A stretch of 64,000 nucleotides of DNA from Thainema sp. (lineage in GTDB: Bacteria > Cyanobacteriota > Cyanobacteriia > Phormidesmidales > Phormidesmidaceae), in assembly GCA_052168235.1 (NCBI GenBank), contig JBQLZK010000027.1:19536-83535 (forward strand). The letters are read 5' to 3'. Position numbers and translations under genes: made by a program. The notes under the pieces were generated by a model. It did no database searches. It had not been told where the DNA came from and saw nothing but the letters and a program-made list of their open reading frames with translations. Within the stretch, counting starts at the first letter, position 1, and every line of letters starts with the position of its first letter. Shown here one piece after another: positions 1-11,281 of the stretch.

Positions 1-32
1 CCGCTTTTTAAGCCCACTTAAAAAATATCGGT

Positions 33-569
33 TTATTTCAAATCAAGTAACCCGTCCTCTTTGAGCTTGGGGTTGAAGCGAAGATCCATTTTGACTCCTC
101 TAGCCTGAAGCTTTTCCAAAACTTTGGCTTCTACGCGACGGGCTGTTTGCTTAAGGAACTTGATTTTTCCCAGGTCGTCGAGCTGTTCAAATTGGGCTTT
201 GTCAGTTGCGGTAAGCGTTTGTTTGGCATCAATAGGCTGATTCCACAAATGTGAGATCGCACCATTGCCATCCGGTAGTTCACCATTTTCCTCTATCCAA
301 GCCGATTGAATTTCTTCGAGTGCTGTGCGGCTAGGGCGTTCAATGCAGCACACCTTAATCCAGTAGCAAGCATCAGGCTGGCGCACAAGATGCTGCTTTA
401 GGCTGAGATAGACATTGCGGGAATAGCCGATATACCGGAGCGTTTTTGCCTCATCAAAGATGGCATAAACTCCCACTTTGCGATCAAAGTCAGTCGGAAT
501 CTGACCATCTTGTAGATAAGGAATAAATTCGAGTTCGCTCAGCACTGGAATAGTCGTTGGAGAAGTCAT
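33..569 (-). CDS. GIY-YIG nuclease family protein
   Basis: GVYAIFD...YIGYSR motif; ATG at 569 preferred over ORF start 611. Confidence 0.8.
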   Translation of the reverse strand: MTSPTTIPVLSELEFIPYLQDGQIPTDFDRKVGVYAIFDEAKTLRYIGYSRNVYLSLKQHLVRQPDACYWIKVCCIERPSRTALEEIQSAWIEENGELPDGNGAISHLWNQPIDAKQTLTATDKAQFEQLDDLGKIKFLKQTARRVEAKVLEKLQARGVKMDLRFNPKLKEDGLLDLK

Positions 570-992
570 AGAAGTCGAAACAGAGCCGGTTGAGAGCAAT
601 AGGGTTAACACAATTACCTCATCAGCCTACCGAGAACCGTAAGCTCTGTCAGGGCGTAGCTACAAACAGATGCATTAGTTCACAAACTGAATTGTGACGC
701 CACTTCTACATGAAAGCTCTGGTATGAAACACAACTGTCACTACTTTTGCTACTGCCGAACGGCAAAAAATGCGCCTTCTGCTTTTGGGGACAGGTTGTG
801 AGTGATGTTACAGTGAGCAATATTATGCAATAACCGATAGTTTTAATCGCGAAAAGGACTGCAACTCATGCTGGAATCGTTGAAAAAGACCCTGAGCATC
901 GTGATTAGTTTGCTGCTGCTAACATTTATTGTCGCGAATTTAATCCGCTTAGTGATTTTTAGCTTGCAGTCTGCACAGATTATTTAGAGTCA

Positions 993-1085
993 TATAGTGA
1001 TTCCAGTTAGGAGTGAGAAAACGAGAGAGGAGAGTGCCTCATCCTGAGGCACTCTCCTCTCTCGTTCTTATCTAGAACCGCTATA
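993..1085. repeat. Small palindromic element family A, copy 1
   Basis: TATAG...CTATA ends around a long inverted repeat; inverted homologous copy at 18850-18942. Confidence 0.85.
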
Positions 1086-1124
1086 ATACGCTGATAGTAG
1101 TGCCTTTAGGAATTTTGATGCTTG

Positions 1125-2186
1125 CTAGAGATTAACGACCACTGACTGCGGTGTCTCAATCGATTGATTGGGCTGATTCCAGACTTGACCATCCAGCGCC
1201 ATTTCTTCAATTAAGCTAGCTAGCCGCAGTGCTTTCAGAGCCTGCTCACCACCAACGGAGGGCTGAACGCCGCCGCGTACACAGTTCACAAAGTGCTCTA
1301 GTTCGGCGTGAAGGGGTTCAATATTGCTGGTGTAGACCTTTTCGATCAGGCCGTCTTGGCGATAGAGGACTTGGCCGTAGTCTGTCCGATAATTGGCTGT
1401 TGTTTGCCGATTGATCAAAATTTCGTTGTTGAGGAAATCTGCTTCCGTCAGTGAATTTTTGCAGTGGGCGGCAATGCTGCGAATTTTGCGGTGGGTGACT
1501 TTGCTGGCGGTTAGCGTCGCGACGATGCCGTTGGCAAAACCCAACGTGGCTGTCACGTAGTCTAAATAGCCAGAATCTGAGGCCCGACTGCCGCTGGCCG
1601 TGAGCCGCACAACAGGACTGCCTGCCAATTCCAGCAGCAGGTCAATATCGTGAATCATCAAATCCAGCACAACCGAGACATCATTGGCTCGCTGAGAGTA
1701 GGGACTCATGCGGTGTGCTTCCAGGGCCAGCAGCTCCTCGGTCTTTAGCACTTTGCTGAGTTCCTGAAAGGCGGGGTTAAAGCGCTCAATGTGACCGACT
1801 TGAAGGATGCACTGCGACTCAGCCGCGAGATTGACTAGCGATTCGGCCTCGGCAATGCTGGCGGCAATGGGCTTCTCAATCAAAACATGCTTGCCCGCTT
1901 GCAGACAGGTCATGCCGACGGAGTGGTGTAGACGAGTCGGAACCGCAATACACACCGCATCGACATGCTCCAGCAGATCGTGGTAATCCTCAAAGAAGCG
2001 AACTCGGTATTTGCTAGCCGTATCCAAGCCCCGTTCGACGTTGATATCCGAAACCCCAATCAGTTCAACATCTTTGAGCAAACTCAAGACGCGAGTATGG
2101 TGCTGGCCCATATTGCCCACCCCAATCACGCCAATGCGGATGGGTTCTGGTGAATTGCGATAGGTCTGAGTCTCTGAGGCAGACAT
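1125..2186 (-). CDS. Gfo/Idh/MocA family oxidoreductase
   Basis: GVIGVGNMG Rossmann motif, HVLIEKP, DLMIHDID. Confidence 0.92.
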   Translation of the reverse strand: MSASETQTYRNSPEPIRIGVIGVGNMGQHHTRVLSLLKDVELIGVSDINVERGLDTASKYRVRFFEDYHDLLEHVDAVCIAVPTRLHHSVGMTCLQAGKHVLIEKPIAASIAEAESLVNLAAESQCILQVGHIERFNPAFQELSKVLKTEELLALEAHRMSPYSQRANDVSVVLDLMIHDIDLLLELAGSPVVRLTASGSRASDSGYLDYVTATLGFANGIVATLTASKVTHRKIRSIAAHCKNSLTEADFLNNEILINRQTTANYRTDYGQVLYRQDGLIEKVYTSNIEPLHAELEHFVNCVRGGVQPSVGGEQALKALRLASLIEEMALDGQVWNQPNQSIETPQSVVVNL

Positions 2187-2301
2187 ACTTGCACTCCTAG
2201 TTGCGTCTTGTGATGACTAATTCGGTAGGGACAGTAAGTAGTGAAATATACTTATACTGGACGGCAAATCCAACCAGATAGTATCACAACAGTTAGATAT
2301 A

Positions 2302-2331
2302 TAAAGAATCTCAAAGAATCTCAAAGAATCT
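2302..2331. repeat. Short tandem repeat (AAAGAATCTC)x3
   Basis: Direct reading. Confidence 0.8.
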
Positions 2332-2492
2332 TCGACCTGAGCCGAACAGGTTGTTACTCAGGCTTATGAGTAAGCTGATTTGGTTTTGAGCGCGATCGCA
2401 CTTAGCCCGCCAGCCTATCCACCCCGATCTATTGAGTATTGTGAAGGACGATCTGCTTGTCGAACTCGTTCGTGTGGCACTTCAACAGCCGT

Positions 2493-3848
2493 CTACTGGG
2501 CTGAGTTCGCTGGGCTTAAACCCAAAAAATATCCCACCAAGTACAGAGAGCCACACAGTACCGTTAGATGTTGATCGGCATTAGGAGTTTCAATTGCGGC
2601 GTCCAAGGCAGATTGTAAATCCGCATAGGTTTGGCAACAGGCCAAGGTAGGACAAATTGAGTTAGCCAGTTCTGCCAGATGTGCGGGATCAGCCGACTGG
2701 TGGTCAGGCACGGGAACCAGGTACAGCCGATCACCGGATTGCAGCCACTCTTTGAGCATGTCTGCGTGATCTTTTGTGTCTAAAATACCGACAACCCAGG
2801 TGACAGACGGGGCGGCACGGCGCTCGCGATCGCACTTCACATACTGTCCCAAAACCTTGGCAGCGGCGGGATTGTGGGCACCGTCTACCAAAATTGGCTG
2901 GTTGCGCCAGTGGGCAATTTGGAGTCGCCCCGGCCAGCGAGCCTGCGCCATGCCCTGTTCAATGGCGTGAGCTGGAATTTGCCATCCCTGTAGCTGCAGC
3001 AGTTGTAGAGCCGCAACTGCGATCGCAGAATTGGTGCGCTGATGTTCACCCAGGAGCGACAGCGAATACTGGACGGGTGGGCAGGAGGCTAACGATATGT
3101 GATGGGTTTTAGCTCGATCGGGTACATATTGCAGCAGTCCCGGCTCAATTTCCTCAGCAGGCTCGATCCAAACGTTTGGGCAATTCAGCTCAGCCAACCG
3201 CCGTTCCACCACCTGCTTGGCTTCATCCGGTAACGGGCCAATCACGGCTGGACGGCTCGATTTCAAAATTCCGGCTTTTTCCCGCGCAATGTCCGCCAGG
3301 GTTGGCCCCAGTCGCTGCCAGTGTTCACGGCTGAGCGAGGTGATTACGCTGACCAAAGGGCGATCGCAAACGTTGGTCGCGTCCAGTCGTCCCCCCAGTC
3401 CCACTTCGATCACCGCAATATCCACCTGCATCTCGGCAAAGTAGAGCCAAGCGGCGGCTGTAAAGACCTCGAACTGCGTCGGAGTGGGTTGATCTGGATC
3501 AATAGCGGCTTCAACTTGGAGGAGATGCGATCGCAACTGGTCGGTTAAAATTGGCTGTTCATTCAGACAAATACGCTCATTCCAGTTGATCAAATGCGGC
3601 GATGTGTAGCGACCAACGCGATAGCCCGCTTGAGTTAAGACCGATGACAAGTAGGCACAAACGGAACCTTTTCCATTGGTTCCCGCCACATGCACAATCG
3701 GCACCTGGTGGTGCGGATTGCCTAAATCGGCCAAAAGTCGTTCAATCCGCTCTAAGCCCAGGTGAACTCCAAAGCGGCCATACTGCTGGAGTATTTCGGC
3801 AGGCGTTAACGGAACCGACTGAGCCGAATCAGACAGCGGACTAGTCAT
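2493..3848 (-). CDS. folC: Folylpolyglutamate synthase/dihydrofolate synthase
   Basis: HVAGTNGKGS, EVGLGGRLDATN, DGAHNP, GSLYLVG motifs. Confidence 0.95.
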   Translation of the reverse strand: MTSPLSDSAQSVPLTPAEILQQYGRFGVHLGLERIERLLADLGNPHHQVPIVHVAGTNGKGSVCAYLSSVLTQAGYRVGRYTSPHLINWNERICLNEQPILTDQLRSHLLQVEAAIDPDQPTPTQFEVFTAAAWLYFAEMQVDIAVIEVGLGGRLDATNVCDRPLVSVITSLSREHWQRLGPTLADIAREKAGILKSSRPAVIGPLPDEAKQVVERRLAELNCPNVWIEPAEEIEPGLLQYVPDRAKTHHISLASCPPVQYSLSLLGEHQRTNSAIAVAALQLLQLQGWQIPAHAIEQGMAQARWPGRLQIAHWRNQPILVDGAHNPAAAKVLGQYVKCDRERRAAPSVTWVVGILDTKDHADMLKEWLQSGDRLYLVPVPDHQSADPAHLAELANSICPTLACCQTYADLQSALDAAIETPNADQHLTVLCGSLYLVGYFLGLSPANSAQ

Positions 3849-3860
3849 AGTAGTAGATTG

Positions 3861-4640
3861 CTATCCTTGACTATTCTTAAACTGCAACTCGTTAATCAGG
3901 ACCATCGCGCGCGGCTCAAACCCTTCCGTATATTCAATCGGATAGTGGCTCAAGATGTAAAAGCCCTGTCCTTCGTGCTCCCCAATCAAGATTTCCCCAG
4001 CACTATTTTCATCTGCGTCACTGCTCAGATAGTGAATATATTCTCGCGCCCAAGGCCACACCACGACATCTGTGCGATCGGTGATCTGCCAGCTTTGGCT
4101 CGCCAGCAAGCCTTCCTCTCCCAGAATCTGTTCCTGCAGTGCTTCTACAGTGGTAGGACGCTTAGGTAAGACCATGCGAATATAGGCATTTTCATTGAGC
4201 GTACCGCCAAAATTGGCATAGTGTGTCACAACCGTGACTTGGTCGGTTTCTTGAATATCCGTGACAAATTCATCAATGGGCACATAGGTTGAGTAGGGCA
4301 ATTCTGGCTCGGTAAACAGCTTCAGCGTCAGTTCAGTTGGCTGCCCCTCAATCTCAATTTGCTCCGATGAAAACTCAGGTCGCTGCGGAGCTGAATTATC
4401 GCCTGAATTATTGTCTGAATTTTCTGAGCCACCACCTGCATCACTAGAGGATGGCTCCTCCGAATTATCCTCTCCAGTATCTGTACTTGAATCCGATTCG
4501 GTCGGTGATGTTGGCAATGCTGAATCAGTGGCTGAATCTCCCGAATTTCGATCCTGTATCCAACCATCACAAGCTGTTAAGCTTACCAAACTAATTGTTA
4601 AACCCAGTGATACCAACCTGGCCATGCGTTCCCTTTTCAT
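3861..4640 (-). CDS. Hypothetical lipoprotein
   Basis: Hydrophobic signal with lipobox LTAC, Ser/Asp-rich linker; start uncertain. Confidence 0.65.
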   Translation of the reverse strand: MKRERMARLVSLGLTISLVSLTACDGWIQDRNSGDSATDSALPTSPTESDSSTDTGEDNSEEPSSSDAGGGSENSDNNSGDNSAPQRPEFSSEQIEIEGQPTELTLKLFTEPELPYSTYVPIDEFVTDIQETDQVTVVTHYANFGGTLNENAYIRMVLPKRPTTVEALQEQILGEEGLLASQSWQITDRTDVVVWPWAREYIHYLSSDADENSAGEILIGEHEGQGFYILSHYPIEYTEGFEPRAMVLINELQFKNSQG

Positions 4641-4967
4641 TCCTCGTACCCCAGTTTGGAGCCGTGTTCTATGCTGTAACTCTGTACAACAAGAATCCAT
4701 CCCGGCTGCAATCGTTCCCGATACTGACAAATAAAATCATGGTGTTGGCTCACGTCTTGCACAAAACTCAGGAACTTATTCGGCTGCCTGATTGCAGCGA
4801 CGAAATACCGATACTGGATGCTAGTTTGGCAATGTGCAAACTGTATGAAACACAACTTTACATGAGAGCATTTGTTCAGATCATGATTATGACAGACGCC
4901 ATGATCGTTTGGGGCGCTTGCGGTCTGGACTCTTGTATCTTTTGTATCTTTCGATGTAGGACTCGTT

Positions 4968-5234
4968 ATGACTAAACCGACTCAAGCCCATCTACCTAAA
5001 ACCGTCAGTGCTAACCAGTCTGAGTTTTTTAAGCAGCGCACTAAAACTCAGATGGAATACTACATGCGGGCAAAATTGGTTGAGGTGGGTGTTGATCCCA
5101 ATGTTGCGGTTTACCGCTGGAAGGTTGAACCCAAGGGCAGCCAAGAAGTATGGACCTATAGCGCTTATTGGGATGATTCCAAAGACAAACTGCTGCAAGA
5201 AGAAGCGAAGGATACCTTTGAAGCTGAATCTTGA
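4968..5234 (+). CDS. Hypothetical protein (88 aa)
   Basis: ATG with upstream AGGA; plausible composition. Confidence 0.6.
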   Translation: MTKPTQAHLPKTVSANQSEFFKQRTKTQMEYYMRAKLVEVGVDPNVAVYRWKVEPKGSQEVWTYSAYWDDSKDKLLQEEAKDTFEAES

Positions 5235-5463
5235 TGTGCTGACTACGCTATCTTCATGAACATCTCTGCCCACAGGAGTTAGCATCATCAGTCTAGATAT
5301 CCATACACTAAAGCTTCATATCAGTTTTAATTCTATTGGCGCACTAGTTCAGAGCACGCAGTGAAACTTGGATGAAAGCTGATTGCATTTTGGCAAATCA
5401 CGTTTAGACCAAGCATGGCAGTTTAAGCCTGATTCATAACAATAGATGCAAAAGGAGAAGAAT

Positions 5464-6003
5464 ATGGGTCTTTTTGATCAAGTCGTTAGTGCTTTAAATA
5501 ATCCAAATCAACAAGCAAACCCAGGCCAGTTGAGTGGCATCTTGGACACAGTGCAGCAGGTGATGAATGGACAAGGCATGGATGCTGCAACGTCTCAGAC
5601 CTTGCTTTCAGTGGTTGGCAAGCATGTGCGTTCGGCCTTACAGGAAAAGCGCACCACTCAGGGGGCCAGTCAAGTAGAAGATTTGGTGAATCAATACAGC
5701 GGCACTGGAGCCAATCCATCAGCAGTCCCATCGATCTTTAATCCTGAACAAGAGCAGCGGACGGTAGAAGATTCCGCACGGGCTACCGGCTTAAATGCTC
5801 AAACCATTCAGTCTTTGCTGCCGATGTTGATTCCGATCGTGCTCCAGTTCTTGCAGTCTGGTTCAGCCAAACAGCCCAGTGCCCGAGGAACTGGTGGCTC
5901 AAATTCAGTGCTAAATGCCTTCTTAGACTCCGATCGGGATGGCGATGTGGATATGGGCGATGCGCTCTCTGTTGCAGGTCAATTTCTGCGATCGCAACGC
6001 TAA
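5464..6003 (+). CDS. DUF937-like protein
   Basis: MGLFDQ start after AGGAGA; C-terminal FLDSDRDGDVDMGD. Confidence 0.75.
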   Translation: MGLFDQVVSALNNPNQQANPGQLSGILDTVQQVMNGQGMDAATSQTLLSVVGKHVRSALQEKRTTQGASQVEDLVNQYSGTGANPSAVPSIFNPEQEQRTVEDSARATGLNAQTIQSLLPMLIPIVLQFLQSGSAKQPSARGTGGSNSVLNAFLDSDRDGDVDMGDALSVAGQFLRSQR

Positions 6004-6117
6004 GTTCTCGCTCAATATTTCGCTCAATATTTCGCTCAATTGTTGATTGGTTGCTAAACGCCTGAAAGGGTTATGTTGCTGCATGTCGCACTAACATGAC
6101 CCTTCTTGATTAGGAAA

Positions 6118-6228
6118 TACAGCATTGTAGCTTTACGTTATCAGGTTAAGACAACTGTTTTTTTGAGAAGCTGCGCTCCGCCCGGCTTCTCAAAAAACAG
6201 TTGTCTGCTTCTAAGCGCACAGCGCTAT
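6118..6228. repeat. Small palindromic element (hairpin 6149-6206)
   Basis: Long inverted repeat around GCGCTCCGC; right end GCGCTAT; architecture like the 14558 element. Confidence 0.65.
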
Positions 6229-6351
6229 GTGCAACACGGCAAGATCCAACAAAACTGTAAAACAAGCTAACAGAACGTTTTAATGAATGGGTCTGACAGT
6301 ACAATGTGGCTCTGTGAAAGGTCCTGAAACGGTCAGTGAAAGGTTTGCTCT

Positions 6352-7179
6352 ATGACTTCCACCACTCGTCGGTCGCCCCAAGTTTCTGCTGCTGCGCCCA
6401 CTGCGGAACCGCAGCAGGTTGATGCCTCCACTCCAGCTCAACCATCTTCCTCTCAGACACATTCAACACCCACTAATTCAACGCAGGCTAATTCGCGATC
6501 GCACCAGAAGGGCTTCATTGTCCAGTTTGATCAGGTGAGCAAAACCTATCGCAATCAGACCCAAGCGTTAGAAAACATCAACTTACAGGTTCGACAAGGA
6601 GATTTCTTGTTTATCACTGGGCCATCCGGTTCGGGCAAATCGACGCTACTCAAGCTGATGTATGGTCAAGAGCGAGCCACCAGCGGCGAAATTAAAGTAC
6701 AGAATTACGATCTGAAAAATCTGCGGGGGCATCAACTGGCTCAATTACGTCGTCGGATTGGGATTGTGTTTCAAGATTACAAACTAATTCCGCGCCGCAC
6801 GGTAATGGAAAACGTCGCGTTTGTACTGTGGGCACAGGGATTTACGCGCAAAGAAATTCAGCGCCGCCTAGAGCCAACGCTAAAAATGGTGGGTTTGTAT
6901 CATAAGGCTAAATGTTTCCCAGATGAGCTATCGGGAGGTGAACAGCAGCGGGTTAGTATCGCCAGAGCGGTGGTTGGAACGCCACCTTTACTGCTAGCGG
7001 ATGAGCCGACCGGGAATTTAGATCCCGATAATTCTTGGCAGATTATGAAAATTCTCAAGAAGCTCAATTCAATCGGTATCACGGTGATTGTGACAACCCA
7101 TGATGAACATTTGGTGCGCTTATCGAATCAGCCTGTGATGCAGTTACGACACGGCCATTTGTTACAAGTGCGGTGCTAA
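6352..7179 (+). CDS. ftsE: Cell division ABC ATPase FtsE
   Basis: GPSGSGKS, RRRIGIVFQDYKL, LSGGEQQRV, LLADEPTGNLD. Confidence 0.9.
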   Translation: MTSTTRRSPQVSAAAPTAEPQQVDASTPAQPSSSQTHSTPTNSTQANSRSHQKGFIVQFDQVSKTYRNQTQALENINLQVRQGDFLFITGPSGSGKSTLLKLMYGQERATSGEIKVQNYDLKNLRGHQLAQLRRRIGIVFQDYKLIPRRTVMENVAFVLWAQGFTRKEIQRRLEPTLKMVGLYHKAKCFPDELSGGEQQRVSIARAVVGTPPLLLADEPTGNLDPDNSWQIMKILKKLNSIGITVIVTTHDEHLVRLSNQPVMQLRHGHLLQVRC

Positions 7180-7385
7180 GCGATGGTCAGCGCACCTGAA
7201 CGCACTTAAACAAAGAAGTATCTTTTATTACTAGGGAGTAACAAGTATTTCCTGATTTTTAGTTCATTCATCAAGAAATGATGAGCAAATAGACAAATCA
7301 TTTTGGATTGGTCTAGAGCTAGATTAGTGTGTAGGAATCTCCTGTATATGCGGGTGGTTAGTTCAGGCAACGCGACGGGTTTCGA

Positions 7386-8654
7386 TTGTCTAGCTTCGGT
7401 TTTGTCGTGGCTCATCTTTTTACTCACTCTCTACAGCGAATTCATCTCTTATCTGGTGATACCTTGTTTCAAGAAGGGGAACAGGGTGATTTTGCTTATA
7501 TTTTGGAAGAGGGTGAGATCGACATTATTGCCAATATTCATGGCAAAAAGCACACGTTGAACCGACTCGAAACGGGCGTTTTATTTGGTGAATTAGCGCT
7601 GATTGATGGTCGTCCTCGTTCGGCAACTGCGATCGCACGTACAGATTGTTTGCTGACTGTCATCACGCCGGAGCAGGTTGAACGACGGTTGCTGTCGGCT
7701 GATCCGGTTTTACAAATGCTGTTGCTGAGCGTGACTCGCTATTTCCGCTCGGAAGCAACTCGCCGCATGACGCAGGGCTCGCTGACTGCTGACGCCGTTA
7801 TTCCCAATGTGGCAGATCCGGTCGTTGAGACGATAGAAGCTCGGCTGCTAGCCGCTGTTGATTTGATTCGCTTGGAATGTGAACTGCGATCAGCGATTGA
7901 ACAGCAGCAGTTTCAACTGCATTATCAACCGATTGTGCAACTGGCAACTGGGCAGGTGAGCGGATTTGAAGCCTTGATTCGCTGGCAGAGCCCGACTCGT
8001 GGATTTGTGCGGCCCGATCGGTTTATGCCGCTGGCTGAAGTCACGTCGCTGATTTTGCCGCTTGGGGAATGGGTGATTGCAGAAGGGTGCCGGGTGCTGC
8101 AGGACTTGCAGCGCTGTGTATCCTATCCCCTGTTTATCAGTTTCAATATTGCAAGTCAGCAGATTCAAGACCCCAACTTTATTCCCTTTTTGCGGAAAGT
8201 GGTGGATCGATATCAGCTACAGCCTAAGCAAATCAAGCTGGAGATTCTAGAACGCAGCCTGGTCGATAGTGACGAAGCTATTGCCTGGATTGAGGAGTGT
8301 CAGGCGGATGGATTTGCGATCGCACTTGATGATTTTGGCACGGGGTACTCCAGTCTAGAATATTTGAAGCTTTATCAGTTTAATACGCTCAAAATCGACA
8401 AAACCTTTGTGCAAGACCTGTGCGACAACACGCGAAGTCAGGGACTCTGTCAGGTGATTATTCAGCTCGCTCATACATTAAATATGACGGTTGTTGCCGA
8501 AGGCGTTGAAACCGAAGCTCAGCAACAGTGGCTGACTCAATTGAACTGCACGTATGGTCAAGGTTATCTCTTTTCAAAAGCTTTGCCCCATGAACTGCTT
8601 AAGCCGTATCTACAACAGATGGAACAACCGCTGTCTTTGCAACGACCGCTGTGA
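7386..8654 (+). CDS. Cyclic-nucleotide-binding + EAL domain protein (putative c-di-GMP phosphodiesterase)
   Basis: FGELALIDGRPRSATA cNMP motif; GFEALIRW, DDFGTGYSS, VAEGVE; start uncertain. Confidence 0.88.
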   Translation: MSSFGFVVAHLFTHSLQRIHLLSGDTLFQEGEQGDFAYILEEGEIDIIANIHGKKHTLNRLETGVLFGELALIDGRPRSATAIARTDCLLTVITPEQVERRLLSADPVLQMLLLSVTRYFRSEATRRMTQGSLTADAVIPNVADPVVETIEARLLAAVDLIRLECELRSAIEQQQFQLHYQPIVQLATGQVSGFEALIRWQSPTRGFVRPDRFMPLAEVTSLILPLGEWVIAEGCRVLQDLQRCVSYPLFISFNIASQQIQDPNFIPFLRKVVDRYQLQPKQIKLEILERSLVDSDEAIAWIEECQADGFAIALDDFGTGYSSLEYLKLYQFNTLKIDKTFVQDLCDNTRSQGLCQVIIQLAHTLNMTVVAEGVETEAQQQWLTQLNCTYGQGYLFSKALPHELLKPYLQQMEQPLSLQRPL

Positions 8655-8687
8655 CATCTTTTCTACGTTTTATAGCTCTACTAACAC

Positions 8688-8718
8688 TAAAAAGCCGGGG
8701 TCATGCCCCGGCTTTTTA
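8688..8718. terminator. Bidirectional intrinsic terminator
   Basis: AAAAAGCCGGGG-loop-CCCCGGCTTTTT between convergent genes. Confidence 0.8.
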
Positions 8719-8736
8719 GATCGATGCTGTCTCAAT

Positions 8737-9159
<423 letters not shown>

Positions 9160-10350
9160 TTAGCCGCCCCCCATCAGCACCTGGGCGAGTTCAGTGAACA
9201 GGGGGATTCCCAATGCGATCGCAACTGGCGTGCCGAGAGCTGTGGACGAGCCGATGTAAGCAGAGGGATTTGCTGACGGAATGCCAGCGCGTAACGTAGG
9301 CGGGCCTGAGATGTCTGAGTTGGAGGCAGCAATAACGGCCAAAATTACGACGCCGCCAGGGCTGAATCCTGTGACGTAGTGAGCAACCATGCCGAGCCCA
9401 AAGCCGATGAACCCATGCAACAGCGGTGCCGCGAAGGCATATAGGGCATACCACTGAGCCACCTTACGCAGCTCATTGACCCTTGACCAGGCTTCCATAC
9501 CCATGACCAGCATCAGGATCGACAGTAGACCACGGAAGAGGGGATCGTAGAAGCTCTCAAAGACACTTTCCGGCTGGGTTAGCAGACCTAGCACAATGCC
9601 GAGCAGCAGTGCTGAGAGGGCATAGCCCTGGAGGCTTTCTTTCACAATGGGCCAGATCTTGACCCGTCCGCCTGCGCTACCACTCGACTCGCTGGCAGAC
9701 CTACCTGCGCCACCACCTGGCTCGCCGGAATATCCACCTGCCGTACCGCGTTGGCCACTACCGGGATACCCGCCTGCGGTACCGCCCTGCTCAACAGGAT
9801 ATCCGCCTGCGGTAACGGTCTGCTTGCTAATATAATTCTCATTTTTGAGATACTTTGCGCGCTTCTGCTTACGGGTATAAATGCTAGCTAGGACGATTGC
9901 CGTTACAAGCGCTGGAATATCCATGAAAGGATAGAGTGCAGGAGACCAAGCCTCGTAGAACGTGCCTTGCGCTTCCAGGGTGGATATGGCGGCGGCGAGG
10001 GTAGAGCCACTTACGGCCCCGAACAAGCCCCCAGTCGCCAGGGCATCCACGACTCTGATGCTTGGCAGCCTGGCCAACGTGAAGTTTGCGATAAACACGA
10101 TCAGAATACCAATTCCCACGGAGAACACCGCAGGCAACAGCATCTCCGCCAAATTGGCCTCACGGATCGAAATGCCGCCCTCTAAACCAACTGTAATGAG
10201 CAGCATAAATACGATGAATTTATAGATCGCATCGGGAATTTGCAGTCGGCTACCGAGAGCAGCAATGAACACACCAGCCAGTAGAAAGCCGAGGGTTGGG
10301 GACTGCAACTGCGCCACGAAGCGCTCTAATAAATGGGACAAAAAATCCAC
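9160..10350 (-). CDS. sbtA: Na+-dependent bicarbonate transporter SbtA (downstream copy)
   Basis: MDFLS...QLQSPTL, GAVSGST, DISGPPTLRAGIPSANPSAYIG. Confidence 0.95.
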   Translation of the reverse strand: MDFLSHLLERFVAQLQSPTLGFLLAGVFIAALGSRLQIPDAIYKFIVFMLLITVGLEGGISIREANLAEMLLPAVFSVGIGILIVFIANFTLARLPSIRVVDALATGGLFGAVSGSTLAAAISTLEAQGTFYEAWSPALYPFMDIPALVTAIVLASIYTRKQKRAKYLKNENYISKQTVTAGGYPVEQGGTAGGYPGSGQRGTAGGYSGEPGGGAGRSASESSGSAGGRVKIWPIVKESLQGYALSALLLGIVLGLLTQPESVFESFYDPLFRGLLSILMLVMGMEAWSRVNELRKVAQWYALYAFAAPLLHGFIGFGLGMVAHYVTGFSPGGVVILAVIAASNSDISGPPTLRAGIPSANPSAYIGSSTALGTPVAIALGIPLFTELAQVLMGGG

Positions 10351-10545
10351 GAAAACCTCCTTCCACCTCCTTTAATAAGGGTGATTATTGTGATTCAGTG
10401 AGCTTGAATAAGTTGAACAAAACAAGGGTGAATCAATTCACCTCTACAGCACACCTACCCATAAGAACCTGTTGATAGGGTTTGTTCAGAAATGACTACT
10501 CTCTGAACGGTCTTACAAGGCGATCGCTGTTCTGTATCACCTCAT

Positions 10546-10593
10546 ATAGATTAAAATCTATCAAGGTTTAAATCTTCATGTGTTTAAGTCTAT
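10546..10593. promoter_or_regulatory. NdhR/CcmR-type LysR operator pair
   Basis: ATAG-N8-CTAT at 10546-10561 and ATGT-N8-CTAT at 10578-10593, upstream of sbtA. Confidence 0.75.
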
Positions 10594-10811
10594 CATTTGA
10601 AGCAATGTTTTTTGCGCCTCGGTAGCACAGATTTGAAATAAAATGTCAAATCTAAATCATAAGTTTTTCTTTTGATCTTTGATTTTCAGCATATTTTTGG
10701 CTGATGTGAGATGTGAGTTTGCGATCGCAGATCCACACTCCTGTCTGATATTGTTCATGAGGTTCCTTGTGCTATCTGTGTCAATGTCTCGTGGACAAGA
10801 AATATGGCCAC

Positions 10812-10843
10812 TAAAAAGCCGGGGGCATGCCCCCGGCTTTTTA
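10812..10843 (-). terminator. Intrinsic terminator after upstream sbtB
   Basis: Near-identical to the 8688 hairpin. Confidence 0.8.
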
Positions 10844-10864
10844 AGTCTGTGTCGTCTCGATTTA

Positions 10865-11281
<417 letters not shown>

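Noticed and set aside
33..569. GIY-YIG protein as a homing or defence nuclease
   Set aside because: Stand-alone, with no intron or partner visible; its downstream context lies outside the window.
722..4857. Shared 15-mer GTATGAAACACAACT at about 722 and 4843
   Set aside because: One 15-nt match is roughly expected by chance in 64 kb, and it is only a partial NtcA-like site.
6352..7179. ftsE without adjacent ftsX
   Set aside because: Unlinked ftsE and ftsX is, to my knowledge, not unusual in cyanobacteria.
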